Below, in pieces: positions 8,787-19,424 of a stretch of 47,420 nt of DNA. The DNA comes from an uncultured Candidatus Saccharibacteria bacterium (GTDB lineage: Bacteria > Patescibacteriota > Minisyncoccia > UBA6257 > 2-01-FULL-56-20). Under the pieces are notes generated by a model, which saw only the letters and a list, made by a program, of their open reading frames with translations, had not been told where the DNA came from and ran no database searches. Position 1 is the stretch's first letter; every line of letters starts with the position of its first letter. Made by a program: the position numbers and the translations under genes. The DNA is taken from positions 1-47,420 of the forward strand of contig CAZKRG010000003.1 in assembly GCA_964555255.1 (NCBI GenBank), in the 5' to 3' direction.

Positions 8787-10319
8787 ATGAGTCACGAAAT
8801 TATAGAAAAACTAAAAAAAGAAATAGAAGGATATAAAGACAACCCTGAATGGGAATCTGTAGGGCGGGTTACTGAAGCCGGCGATGGAATTATAAAGTTT
8901 ACAGGTCTTCGGAATGCTTTGAGCCAAGAACTCCTCACCATCGAAACCGACACAGGTCCACGGCGCGCGCTCGCCTTAAATCTCGAAGAGGAAACAGTGG
9001 GCGCTCTTCTCTTGGACGGAGCGGAAGCGGTAAAAACAGGCGATACCGTGAAAGGTACGGGCGAAGTACTTTCGATCGAGGTTGGTCCCGCCCTCGTCGG
9101 CCGCGTTATCGACCCCTTGGGAGCTCCCCTCGATGGGAAAGGTCCTATTTTCAGCACATCGAGCGATAATGAACGCGCGCGCTATCGGCTGGAAAATCCT
9201 GCCCCTGGAGTACTCGATCGTGAACCGGTAAATACTCCGCTGCACACCGGAATTTGTTCGATCGACTCAATGATTCCCATCGGCCGGGGACAGCGAGAGC
9301 TCATCATAGGCGACCGCCAGACAGGGAAAACTGCAATTGCCTTAGATGCCATTTTGAATCAGAAGAAGGATGGCTATCGTAAAACTCCTATCTGCATTTA
9401 TGTCGCCATCGGTCAAAAGGAAGCAAAAATTGCAAGAATCGTCTCGCTTCTTGAACGGGCGGGCGCAATGAAATATACGGTGGTGGTCTCTGCTCCTGGC
9501 TCTTCCCCCGCCTCGGCATGGTACCTCGCACCGTTCGCGGGCTGTGCGGTGGGAGAATATTTCCGCGACCGAGGCCAGGATGCGCTTGTCGTCTACGACG
9601 ATCTCTCGAAACATGCGTGGGGCTACCGGCAGGTGTCGCTTCTCCTCCGGCGCCCCCCGGGCCGCGAAGCGTATCCGGGAGATATTTTCTATCTCCACTC
9701 CCGCCTCCTCGAACGCGCGGCAAAACTTTCAAAAGAAAAGGGAGGCGGCTCGCTTACTGCCCTGCCCATCATCGAAACCCAGCTTGGCGATATCAGCGCT
9801 TACATTCCTACGAACGTCATCTCGATCACCGACGGCCAAATTTATCTTGAATCTTCTCTCTTTCACCAAGGCGTACGCCCCGCAGTAAACGTAGGGCTCT
9901 CCGTGTCTCGTGTGGGCTCCGCGGCACAAACGAAGGCGATGAAAAAAGCAGTAAGCGGCCTCCGATTAACGCTCTCCCAATTCCGCGAGCTTCAGGCCTT
10001 CGTGCAATTTGCTTCAGATGTGGACGAATCCACCCGTGCGAAAATTCGCCGAGGGCAAATTATTACTGAGGTGTTAAAACAAGACGACCAACAACCGGTC
10101 GCCTTTGAGAAACAAGTGGTCCTGCTCTATGCCGCCCTCCATAACTGCTTTGACGCACTTCCCGTAGAGCACGTCCGTACCGCCAAAGATGCATTCCTCG
10201 ACAAATTAGAGAAACTCCATGAGCAAGACATTCTTAAACCGATCCGAGAGTCCAGCGAAATATCGGCGCCAGTCGAAACGAAATTAAAAGAGACAATAGA
10301 AAATTTTAAGATTTCTTAA
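8787..10319 (+). CDS. atpA: F1 ATP synthase subunit alpha
   Basis: [40 protein letters not shown]. Confidence 0.98.
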   Translation: MSHEIIEKLKKEIEGYKDNPEWESVGRVTEAGDGIIKFTGLRNALSQELLTIETDTGPRRALALNLEEETVGALLLDGAEAVKTGDTVKGTGEVLSIEVGPALVGRVIDPLGAPLDGKGPIFSTSSDNERARYRLENPAPGVLDREPVNTPLHTGICSIDSMIPIGRGQRELIIGDRQTGKTAIALDAILNQKKDGYRKTPICIYVAIGQKEAKIARIVSLLERAGAMKYTVVVSAPGSSPASAWYLAPFAGCAVGEYFRDRGQDALVVYDDLSKHAWGYRQVSLLLRRPPGREAYPGDIFYLHSRLLERAAKLSKEKGGGSLTALPIIETQLGDISAYIPTNVISITDGQIYLESSLFHQGVRPAVNVGLSVSRVGSAAQTKAMKKAVSGLRLTLSQFRELQAFVQFASDVDESTRAKIRRGQIITEVLKQDDQQPVAFEKQVVLLYAALHNCFDALPVEHVRTAKDAFLDKLEKLHEQDILKPIRESSEISAPVETKLKETIENFKIS

Positions 10320-10411
10320 TTTTCAATTTTCGAATTTTCAATCAATGAATCAATCAAAAAATTGCGGCATTGAAAAGTTACTGGAAATTGTAAATTGATA
10401 CTTGAAAATTT
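10317..10411. repeat. Inverted 7-mer tract (AATTTTC / GAAAATT type)
   Basis: taattttcaattttcgaattttcaat ... gaaaagttactggaaattgtaaattgatacttgaaaatt between atpA and atpG. Confidence 0.65.
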
Positions 10412-10418
10412 CTAACTC

Positions 10419-11366
10419 ATGTTCCAATTCCTCAAACAACGGATGAAAGGAGTGCAAAACATTTCCCAAATTACCAAGGCGATGGAATTGGTGGCGGCTA
10501 CAAAAATGCGCCGGAGTCAAGAAATTGCCCTCCGCTCGCGCCCTTATTCCTACGTTACCCTCGATCTCCTCCGCACGCTTGCGACCCTTGAAACAACGGA
10601 CGACACCCCTCCTCTTCTTCGCAAAAGAGAAATACAGCGAACCGCGATAGTGCTCGTCACCTCGGACAAAGGGCTTGCAGGCGCTTTTAACAGCAGCGTC
10701 CTGCGACGATGTGACGCTTTTCTCAACACAACCGGTAAATCAAATCGGACTAATGGAACCTATAGCTTCATCGCTGTCGGTAAAAAAGCCAACGCACATC
10801 TTGAAAAACAAAAAGTGCCCATACTCCAGGCATTCACTCGCGCCGGAGATTTTACTACTCCCGAACAAGTAAAACCAATTTCAGATATTCTCGAAACCGA
10901 ATATACCCAAGGACACATCGATCGCACCATCGCATTCTCCACACACTTCCGTACCGCACTTACACAAGAAGTATTCGAGCGAGAAATACTCCCCATCCGC
11001 GCCGCTTCGATAACAAAACTCATCAATGAAATTGTTCCTGAACGAGGCCGTTTTTCGGAACTGCGAAACGAAGCGCGCACAGAAGGAACCATCACAACTC
11101 CTGCGCACACTCTTCTTGAACCCTCTGCAAAAGAAGTTTTGAGCACACTTGCTTCGCACCTTCTTCATATGGAGATGTATCAACTCTTCATGGAAGCCAA
11201 TGCCTCGGAACATGCCGCGCGGCGCATGGCAATGAAAAATGCTTCGGAGAACGCTGCGGAACTTGTACAAACGCTCACCATCACGTATAACAAATTACGA
11301 CAGGCAGCAATTACCAAAGAAATTACGGAGATCACTGCCGGCGCGGAGGCGTTGCGCTCAAACTAA
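10419..11366 (+). CDS. atpG: F1 ATP synthase subunit gamma
   Basis: ITKAMELVAATK, TSDKGLAGAFN, EHAARRMAM, RQAAITKEITEI. Confidence 0.98.
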   Translation: MFQFLKQRMKGVQNISQITKAMELVAATKMRRSQEIALRSRPYSYVTLDLLRTLATLETTDDTPPLLRKREIQRTAIVLVTSDKGLAGAFNSSVLRRCDAFLNTTGKSNRTNGTYSFIAVGKKANAHLEKQKVPILQAFTRAGDFTTPEQVKPISDILETEYTQGHIDRTIAFSTHFRTALTQEVFEREILPIRAASITKLINEIVPERGRFSELRNEARTEGTITTPAHTLLEPSAKEVLSTLASHLLHMEMYQLFMEANASEHAARRMAMKNASENAAELVQTLTITYNKLRQAAITKEITEITAGAEALRSN

Positions 11367-11425
11367 TAACTTATGAACCATGCAATCTACAAAAGAGGAA
11401 CACGTCGAACTATTATCAGCTATAA

Positions 11426-12835
<1,410 letters not shown>

Positions 12836-12892
12836 TTTTCAACTTACAATTACCAATTTTTAAAAAATGAGTCATCCGAAGAATTAACGACC

Positions 12893-13156
12893 ATGCATCT
12901 TTCTATTTATTCCCTACAACAAACCCTTTTTGAAGGGAACGCGCGCTCCGTAAATTGTACGACGAAAGGCGGGGAAATTACCGTGCTCGACAAACATGAA
13001 CCGCTCATTGCAACACTCGCTTCCACTACCATCACGGTGAGAGACTCCGAAGAAAAAGAACATTACTTTTCGGCAACCTCTGGTTTTTTTGAAATCACTG
13101 CAGCAAACATTGCTACGATCCTCGTGGATGAACCAGAACATAAAAATTCAGCATAA
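12893..13156 (+). CDS. atpC: F1 ATP synthase subunit epsilon (N-terminal domain only)
   Basis: GEITVLDKHEPLI...SGFFEI; 87 aa with no C-terminal helical hairpin. Confidence 0.9.
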   Translation: MHLSIYSLQQTLFEGNARSVNCTTKGGEITVLDKHEPLIATLASTTITVRDSEEKEHYFSATSGFFEITAANIATILVDEPEHKNSA

Positions 13157-13592
13157 GTTTATCCCCGCCGCCTTCGCACGCCGAGGATACACCGCAGATG
13201 CAATCTCGCTCTTTTGTGGCGACCGCCGTTTTGAAGGAATCCGGAACCGGGTGTATCACGAACTGCACTTCCGCACGGTGGATCCTATTCAATTCCCCGG
13301 CGGTGCAAAATGGTTCTCCCCTGCAGAAACGACCCATAGAACTAAAAACGATGTCCTTCAGGCAATCGAAGACTACCAAAAGCTCCACCACGCGAGAACA
13401 GTCATTCTTGAATGCCATCGGGATTGCGGCGCCTGCGGCGGAAGCGGCGCATTTCAAAACACCCACGCCGAGCTCGCCTTTCACGAACACGCACTCCGCC
13501 ACGGCCGCGACATAATATTAAAGAAAATTCCTGGAATTCACCAAGTAATTTTGGTATTTGCCGACTTCAAGGGAATACGATTTTTGGAATAA
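13128..13592 (+). CDS. Putative beta-class-like carbonic anhydrase
   Basis: CGDRR (CxDxR), PGG and HRDCG (HxxC) zinc-ligand motifs; ATG 13128 overlaps the atpC 3' end. Confidence 0.75.
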   Translation: MNQNIKIQHKFIPAAFARRGYTADAISLFCGDRRFEGIRNRVYHELHFRTVDPIQFPGGAKWFSPAETTHRTKNDVLQAIEDYQKLHHARTVILECHRDCGACGGSGAFQNTHAELAFHEHALRHGRDIILKKIPGIHQVILVFADFKGIRFLE

Positions 13593-13671
13593 CCATAACC
13601 ACCTGCCTCATCAACCTCATTTCTATTTTCTTGCTTCTGTGCAACGCAAACATAGAAAATATCTTACATAA

Positions 13672-14799
13672 ATGATGCATATTCTCGGAATAGAAACCAG
13701 CTGCGACGAGACGTCCCTGGCGCTCATAGAAGTCCTTTCCCCTGCACGAGAACGAACTCCACCTCAGTTTAAGGTAATAAAAAATCTGATTTCTTCTCAA
13801 ACAAAAATTCACGAACCCTTCGGCGGCGTAGTCCCCAATCTCGCCAAACGCGAACATTTGAAAAATCTGCCGATACTTTACAAAAAATTTATTACTCCTC
13901 ACCCATCACTTCTCACTATTGATCTCATTGCTGTCACCGTCGGTCCCGGTCTCGAACCCGCGCTTTGGACCGGCATTGAATTTGCTAAAAAAATACACGC
14001 GGATCTACGCAGGCAATATGTAGATCAACATAAATTAATTCAAGCATATCCGCATAAATCTGCGTCGCATCTGCGATCATCTGCACCGCCGCTCGTGGGC
14101 GTAAATCATCTCGAAGGCCACCTCTACAGTTTTCTCCTCACCCCTAAACCCTATACCCTACTAAACCCTCAAATGATATTTCCCGCAATCTCTTTGATTG
14201 TAAGCGGCGGCCATACCATTCTCCTCCTCATGAAAAATTTATATGAATGGAAAAAGCTCGGCGAAACCCGAGATGATGCGGCAGGAGAAGCATTTGATAA
14301 AGTGGCGCGGCTTCTTGAGCTCCCGTATCCCGGCGGTCCCCAAATAGAAAAAATTTCCAAAAAAGGAAATCCTGCTGCGATAGAATTCCCCCGCCCCATG
14401 CTCCATCAGAAAAATTATGACTTCAGCTTCTCCGGCCTCAAAACCGCAGTCCTCTACCACCTCCGTAATACTTCACCAAACCCTAAACCCCGCACCCAAA
14501 ACCCTGCAAACGTTGCCGCTTCTTTCCAAGCCGCCATCCTCGACGTACTTGTAGGGAAAACAATGCGCGCGGCGAAAGAATTCAACGCAAAGAGCATTAT
14601 ACTTTCAGGAGGTGTGGCGGCAAATAAACCCCTTCGCCGCGCACTCGCCAAAGAAACCAAAAAATCCTGCCTCGCTTTCTTCGCGCCAGAATTCGGATAC
14701 AACACCGACAACGCCGCTATGATCGCCGTCGCAGGCTATATAAATTCAACAAGGAAAAAGAGATTCAAACTCGAGGCGAACGGCAACTTGGAAATCTAA
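13672..14799 (+). CDS. tsaD: tRNA t6A37 threonylcarbamoyltransferase TsaD
   Basis: GIETSCDET, GGVVP, HLEGH, VSGGHT, DDAAGEAFDKVA, FSFSGLKT, TDNAAMIA. Confidence 0.97.
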   Translation: MMHILGIETSCDETSLALIEVLSPARERTPPQFKVIKNLISSQTKIHEPFGGVVPNLAKREHLKNLPILYKKFITPHPSLLTIDLIAVTVGPGLEPALWTGIEFAKKIHADLRRQYVDQHKLIQAYPHKSASHLRSSAPPLVGVNHLEGHLYSFLLTPKPYTLLNPQMIFPAISLIVSGGHTILLLMKNLYEWKKLGETRDDAAGEAFDKVARLLELPYPGGPQIEKISKKGNPAAIEFPRPMLHQKNYDFSFSGLKTAVLYHLRNTSPNPKPRTQNPANVAASFQAAILDVLVGKTMRAAKEFNAKSIILSGGVAANKPLRRALAKETKKSCLAFFAPEFGYNTDNAAMIAVAGYINSTRKKRFKLEANGNLEI

Positions 14800-14813
14800 A
14801 CATTACTGACTTT

Positions 14814-14853
14814 AAAATACGTTATACTTACCATGGCAGATATAACGTATTTT
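14814..14853. repeat. Spaced palindrome downstream of the PaaX/Cas2-like gene
   Basis: AAAATACGTTATA-CTTACCATGGCAGA-TATAACGTATTTT. Confidence 0.85.
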
Positions 14854-14870
14854 CGAAATGCCCTAAAAAG

Positions 14871-15425
14871 CTAAAGAAGGTGGAAAATCTTCTTGAGATG
14901 CAAATCTTTATCTAATATATCAGCCGTAATCAACCAAACAAATTGTCGTAAGTCGTAATATTCAATTATAAAATCAAGCTCTTCTTCGCATGAATAAGGA
15001 AATATAAAAAGACTTTTTTGCAAAGGGTGGAAGCCAAGGCGACGAAGATGCAACCGCAACGCATCTCTAGCTTTTTTGCGTTCCTGGGGAATATCAAAAG
15101 AAACCAGTCGCCATTTTCCATCCCATCGCGCTGGTTTCTTCACAGAAATTGAATCGAGACAAAAACTAATTGTCTTCCGTTTCCCCTTTTTACTCAAAAC
15201 CATTTCCACCCTCCCCTGCCCTATCTCACGAATGTCTACTAATTGACTTTGATAAAGCGAGCGAATTGCACCATTCAATGCTCTCCTTTCAATCTTTTTC
15301 CACTCATCCGCTAACTCTCTTAAAACACCTATTTGCTTTCCTGCAGAATAGGCAAGTCCCAACGCAAGCCCACCCTGAAGGAGTAGCAATACTTTTTTCT
15401 GCACACTCCCCAAACCCCGAGACAT
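14871..15425 (-). CDS. PaaX-like protein (wHTH-like N-terminus plus Cas2-like ferredoxin domain)
   Basis: WDGKWRLVSFDIPQERKKARDALRLHLRRLGFHPLQKSLFIFPY is the PaaX central / Cas2-like signature. Confidence 0.85.
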   Translation of the reverse strand: MSRGLGSVQKKVLLLLQGGLALGLAYSAGKQIGVLRELADEWKKIERRALNGAIRSLYQSQLVDIREIGQGRVEMVLSKKGKRKTISFCLDSISVKKPARWDGKWRLVSFDIPQERKKARDALRLHLRRLGFHPLQKSLFIFPYSCEEELDFIIEYYDLRQFVWLITADILDKDLHLKKIFHLL

Positions 15426-15443
15426 GTGAGTAGCATACTAAAC

Positions 15444-15477
15444 TTACGTTATATTGACTATGGTGAATATAACGTAA
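15444..15477. repeat. Spaced palindrome upstream of the PaaX/Cas2-like gene
   Basis: TTACGTTATA-TTGACTATGGTGAA-TATAACGTAA has the same 9-bp core arms and 14-nt spacer as 14818-14849. Confidence 0.85.
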
Positions 15478-15577
15478 ATTATCGAGCAAAAATGAGGCAA
15501 AATAAAAACAATTCGCCCTCGAAGCGTTGCACTTCAAGGGACGAAAAGATGTTTTGGTTTGAGGAACCGATTTGCTC

Positions 15578-16072
15578 CTATTCCTGGAGCTGGAGTTGAA
15601 GCTGGGACAAAGGCGTTTCTTTTTGATAGAGAAGCACTTGGCGCTGCTTCTCTCGATAAGAAATGCTCTCCCTTTCAGAATTCAGCGCAGCGAATGCCAC
15701 CACGAGCATTACCCATCCCCAGTTGCGGCCGGTGAGCTCCACCGGCGTATCAGGCGAATACCTGCATAAAATCGCCAGGGTATTTTCCCGAATAACTGGA
15801 GTTGCGCGCTCCATCGAAGGCGCCAATCGCCATTTTCCCCTCCTTTTCTGACGCAATCCCCGATAGAGAACCTCGTTCTCTATCCCCAAGTCAATACTTA
15901 CCATCTTTACCACCACCTTTCGTTTGAGAAAAATCCAGGCATTCCTCCCTTCCGGAAAGAATGCCTGGCTGGCTTTAGCCGTCGCGCGACGACTGATTAC
16001 CTGAACTGCTGTAACCGCTGGGTCTGCCCGAGAAACATCGGGTCTTTTTTCGCCACCATCCTCGACCAGCAC
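15578..16072 (-). CDS. Hypothetical protein (true start possibly the internal MVSIDLG)
   Basis: Longest ORF in the gap; no recognisable motif. Confidence 0.4.
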   Translation of the reverse strand: MLVEDGGEKRPDVSRADPAVTAVQVISRRATAKASQAFFPEGRNAWIFLKRKVVVKMVSIDLGIENEVLYRGLRQKRRGKWRLAPSMERATPVIRENTLAILCRYSPDTPVELTGRNWGWVMLVVAFAALNSERESISYREKQRQVLLYQKETPLSQLQLQLQE

Positions 16073-16188
16073 TCTCCCGATCGAAGAAATATCGGCAAGG
16101 GCTCCGGTATTGTCTTGGGGAGTTCGGGCTCAAGCACCCGAATCCGCCTGACTGGACCTTTTTTGTCGAGCCACAGTTCTTTTTTCAT
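15997..16188 (-). CDS. Small hypothetical protein
   Basis: ATG preceded by a purine-rich GGAAAAGAAAG, directly after a structured leader; 63 aa. Confidence 0.35.
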   Translation of the reverse strand: MKKELWLDKKGPVRRIRVLEPELPKTIPEPLPIFLRSGECWSRMVAKKDPMFLGQTQRLQQFR

Positions 16189-16471
16189 ACTTTCTTTCCG
16201 ATTTCTGTCTACGGGACAGAATAACCGTCCACGTTTAAGGGTGCGGCAACCAGCTCAATCACAACTTCTGATATTGAGCCCGAATTCGTCCTGCGCGGGG
16301 ACTTACGTGTAGGCACAATCCGCGGGCCTGTTATGGTTTTTTCAAGGTACCCCTTGAATCCTGTGGGCAAACAGACCCACAGAACCATACCCCGAATCAT
16401 ACTATATTCATAAATCTTGTCGAATTCTCGAAAAGCTGCAAAATTGGAACTTCAACGACCCTATCATATAA

Positions 16472-16511
16472 GGTCATCGCAAGACGTTACCTGTAACGTC
16501 TTGCGATGACC
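16472..16511. repeat. Perfect inverted repeat, CGTCTTGCGATG family, copy 3 (arms in reverse order)
   Basis: GGTCATCGCAAGACGTTAC-CT-GTAACGTCTTGCGATGACC, 19-bp arms, upstream of valS. Confidence 0.85.
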
Positions 16512-16541
16512 ACACATTGACCCATGTGATAAAATAAATAC

Positions 16542-19424
16542 ATGCTGCACGAACTCGACCCGCGCTACGATCATCTCACCATCGAAAACAAGATTTACAA
16601 AAAATGGGAGGACTCCGGGTATTTCAATCCAGATAAGCTGCCCGCGGGCAACGGTAAAGAGCAAAGAGCAAAGAGCACGGGCGGCAAAAAATTGTCGGCA
16701 ATTCGCCCTTTGCCATTTGCTATTATTATGCCTCCCCCGAACGCGAACGGCTCGCTCCACCTCGGGCACGCGGTCTTTGTCACGCTCCAAGATATTATGA
16801 TCCGCTACGCACGGATGCAAGGAAAAAAAACGCTCTGGCTCCCCGGTGCGGATCATGCCGGCTTCGAAACCCAGGCGGTGTTCGACAAAAAGCTCGACAA
16901 AGAAGGCAAAAACCGCTTCGCGATGGGGCGGGAAGAATTATGGCAAGCAATCTGGAACTTCACGCAAGAAAATAAAAAAGTGATGGAGCGGCAATTGCGG
17001 AAACTTGGCGCTTCCTGCGACTGGAGCCGCGAAAAATTCACCCTCGATCCGGACATCGTAAAAATCGTCTACGACACCTTCGAACGACTCTACAAAGACG
17101 GGCTCGCCGTGCGCGATCTGGGAATGGTGAACTGGTGCCCCAGACACCAGACCTCCCTCTCCGACCTCGAAATTAAAGATGAGAAGCGTACGGATCCTTT
17201 CTACTATTTCCGCTATGGCCCGTTCACGATCGGCACCTCCCGTCCCGAAACTAAGTTCGGCGACAAATATGTGGTAATGCATCCCGAAGACACCCGCTAC
17301 AAGAAATTTAAAGAAGGCGAGCAGCTCCACCTCGAATGGACCAATGGCCCCATCACCGCCACCGTTGTAAAAGATGCCGCAGTGGACATGCAGTTTGGCA
17401 CCGGCGTGATGACGATCACCCCCTCACATGACCCGGTGGACTTCGAAATCGCGAAGCGTCATAACCTCGACAAGGAACAAGTGATCGACGAACGCGGCCG
17501 CCTCCTCCCCATCGCTGGAGAATTTGCCGGAATGAAAATTATAGAAGCGCGGCCGAAGATCGTCGAAAAACTGAATGCGAAGGGACTCCTCGCGCGCGTG
17601 GATGAAACCTATACACATACCGTGCGCACCTGCTACAAGTGCAACACCCTCATTGAACCTCACATCAAAAAACAGTGGTTTATTCGGATGACGGCTAAGC
17701 CTCATCCGCAAGGAACAAGGAGTAAGGAACAAGAAACAAAATCCCTTCAATCCCTGGGAATCGAAGCGGCAAAATCCATAAAATTTTTTCCCTCACACGC
17801 GAAGAAAATTTACCTCCACTGGCTCGAAAATATACGCGACTGGAATATCTCCCGGCAAATCGTCTGGGGCATCCGTATTCCTGCGTGGTACTGCGCTTCT
17901 TGCGGCGAACCAAAAATCAACATTATTCCCCACGCGAAGTGGTTCCTTGTACGCCACGGGGAAACAGACTGGGACAAAGAAAATAGGGCTCACGGACATG
18001 CGAACCCCCCGTTGAACGATGCGGGAATAAACCACGCCCGCGCAATGGCCTCGCTCCTCAAAAATCAGAAAATAGATGTGGTTATCACCTCCGATCTCCT
18101 CCGCGCACGGCACACCGCCGAACATATTGCAGAAATTACCGGCGCACAACTCATCGTAGATAAAAACCTCCGGGGCAGAGACATCGGCATCGCGCAAGGA
18201 ATGCACCATCGCGAGCGAAGACAACTCTATGGAGATATATTCGCCACCTACGAAAACGTTCCTCCAGGAGGAGAAAGCTTTAAAAATTTTGAGGAACGGG
18301 TAACCATCCATTTCCGGCAACACCATGCCACCTACCGGCGAAAAAATGTGGTACTGGTAACACACATTGAAACAATCCATGCAATCTTGAAACACACAAA
18401 GAGATGGGATTTCAAAGAAATGCTCGCTCGGCAAAGTGAAACCACCTCCATGCTCCAGTTTGATGTGGCCGACCCCTGCTTAAAGTGCAAGAACGATCTC
18501 TACGAACAAGACCCCGACGTCTTTGATACCTGGTTCTCTTCCGGCCAGTGGCCATTTGCGACGCTCCTCGCGTCGCAAGGAACAAGCGGTAAGAAACAAG
18601 GGATAAGTGAAATTACCAATTACCGATTACCAATTACAAAATCCAAGGATTTCCAAACCTTCTATCCCACGAGCGTCATGGAAACCGGCCACGACATCCT
18701 CTTTTTCTGGGTAGCTCGCATGATCATGCTCGGCCTCTACCGCACAGGGGAAATCCCCTTCCGCAATATCTATCTCCACGGACTCGTGCGCGATAAAGAC
18801 CGACAAAAAATGTCCAAATCAAAAGGAAATGTAATTGATCCTCTTGGAGTAGCGGAACTATACGGCACCGACGCCGTCCGCATGGCGCTTGTTATGGGAA
18901 ATACTCCCGGAAACGACATCATCATTTCCGAAGATAAAATCCGCGGCTATCGCAATTTTGCCACAAAAGTATGGAACATTGCCCGATTCGTGCTCATAAA
19001 CCGCGCAAGGGATAAGGAAACTTCCTCAAAATCTAAAGCGCAAAGACTAACACTCTCCGCAACAGACAAAAAATTCCTCGCGGAGGCGAAAAAGGTGAAA
19101 ACCAACGTGAGTAAGCATATCGAGAAATTTGAGTTTCACCGTGCGGCCGAAGAAACTTACCACTACATCTGGCACACCTTTGCAGACACCGTAATTGAAC
19201 ATTACAAACCAAAACTCCAAAAAGTCACTCTCTCTCCTGAAATACAAAATCATCAAAAAATCACCAAAGCAGACCATGCCCGTGCAGATACTGCCCGAGA
19301 AGTGCTCAAGTCAATATTGAACGACTGTCTCATTATGCTTCATCCCCTTATGCCATTCCTGACCGAAGCTATTTATGACCATCTTCACCCCGAAGAATTG
19401 CTTATGACCCATCCCTGGAAATGA
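16542..19424 (+). CDS. valS: Valyl-tRNA synthetase with an inserted histidine-phosphatase domain; no C-terminal coiled-coil arm
   Basis: PPPNANGSLHLGH, DHAG, DWNISRQIVWGIRIP, DVFDTWFSS, DILFFWVARM, KMSKS; RHGET domain at about 17935-18470. Confidence 0.96.
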   Translation: MLHELDPRYDHLTIENKIYKKWEDSGYFNPDKLPAGNGKEQRAKSTGGKKLSAIRPLPFAIIMPPPNANGSLHLGHAVFVTLQDIMIRYARMQGKKTLWLPGADHAGFETQAVFDKKLDKEGKNRFAMGREELWQAIWNFTQENKKVMERQLRKLGASCDWSREKFTLDPDIVKIVYDTFERLYKDGLAVRDLGMVNWCPRHQTSLSDLEIKDEKRTDPFYYFRYGPFTIGTSRPETKFGDKYVVMHPEDTRYKKFKEGEQLHLEWTNGPITATVVKDAAVDMQFGTGVMTITPSHDPVDFEIAKRHNLDKEQVIDERGRLLPIAGEFAGMKIIEARPKIVEKLNAKGLLARVDETYTHTVRTCYKCNTLIEPHIKKQWFIRMTAKPHPQGTRSKEQETKSLQSLGIEAAKSIKFFPSHAKKIYLHWLENIRDWNISRQIVWGIRIPAWYCASCGEPKINIIPHAKWFLVRHGETDWDKENRAHGHANPPLNDAGINHARAMASLLKNQKIDVVITSDLLRARHTAEHIAEITGAQLIVDKNLRGRDIGIAQGMHHRERRQLYGDIFATYENVPPGGESFKNFEERVTIHFRQHHATYRRKNVVLVTHIETIHAILKHTKRWDFKEMLARQSETTSMLQFDVADPCLKCKNDLYEQDPDVFDTWFSSGQWPFATLLASQGTSGKKQGISEITNYRLPITKSKDFQTFYPTSVMETGHDILFFWVARMIMLGLYRTGEIPFRNIYLHGLVRDKDRQKMSKSKGNVIDPLGVAELYGTDAVRMALVMGNTPGNDIIISEDKIRGYRNFATKVWNIARFVLINRARDKETSSKSKAQRLTLSATDKKFLAEAKKVKTNVSKHIEKFEFHRAAEETYHYIWHTFADTVIEHYKPKLQKVTLSPEIQNHQKITKADHARADTAREVLKSILNDCLIMLHPLMPFLTEAIYDHLHPEELLMTHPWK

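Noticed and set aside
14800-16540. CRISPR-Cas locus around the Cas2-like gene
   Set aside because: There is no cas1 or effector gene and no regularly spaced repeat-spacer array; only two palindromes about 630 bp apart.
16542-19424. Recoded genetic code (TGA as Gly, code 25)
   Set aside because: valS and other genes end at TGA where expected, and conserved ORFs have no internal TGA.
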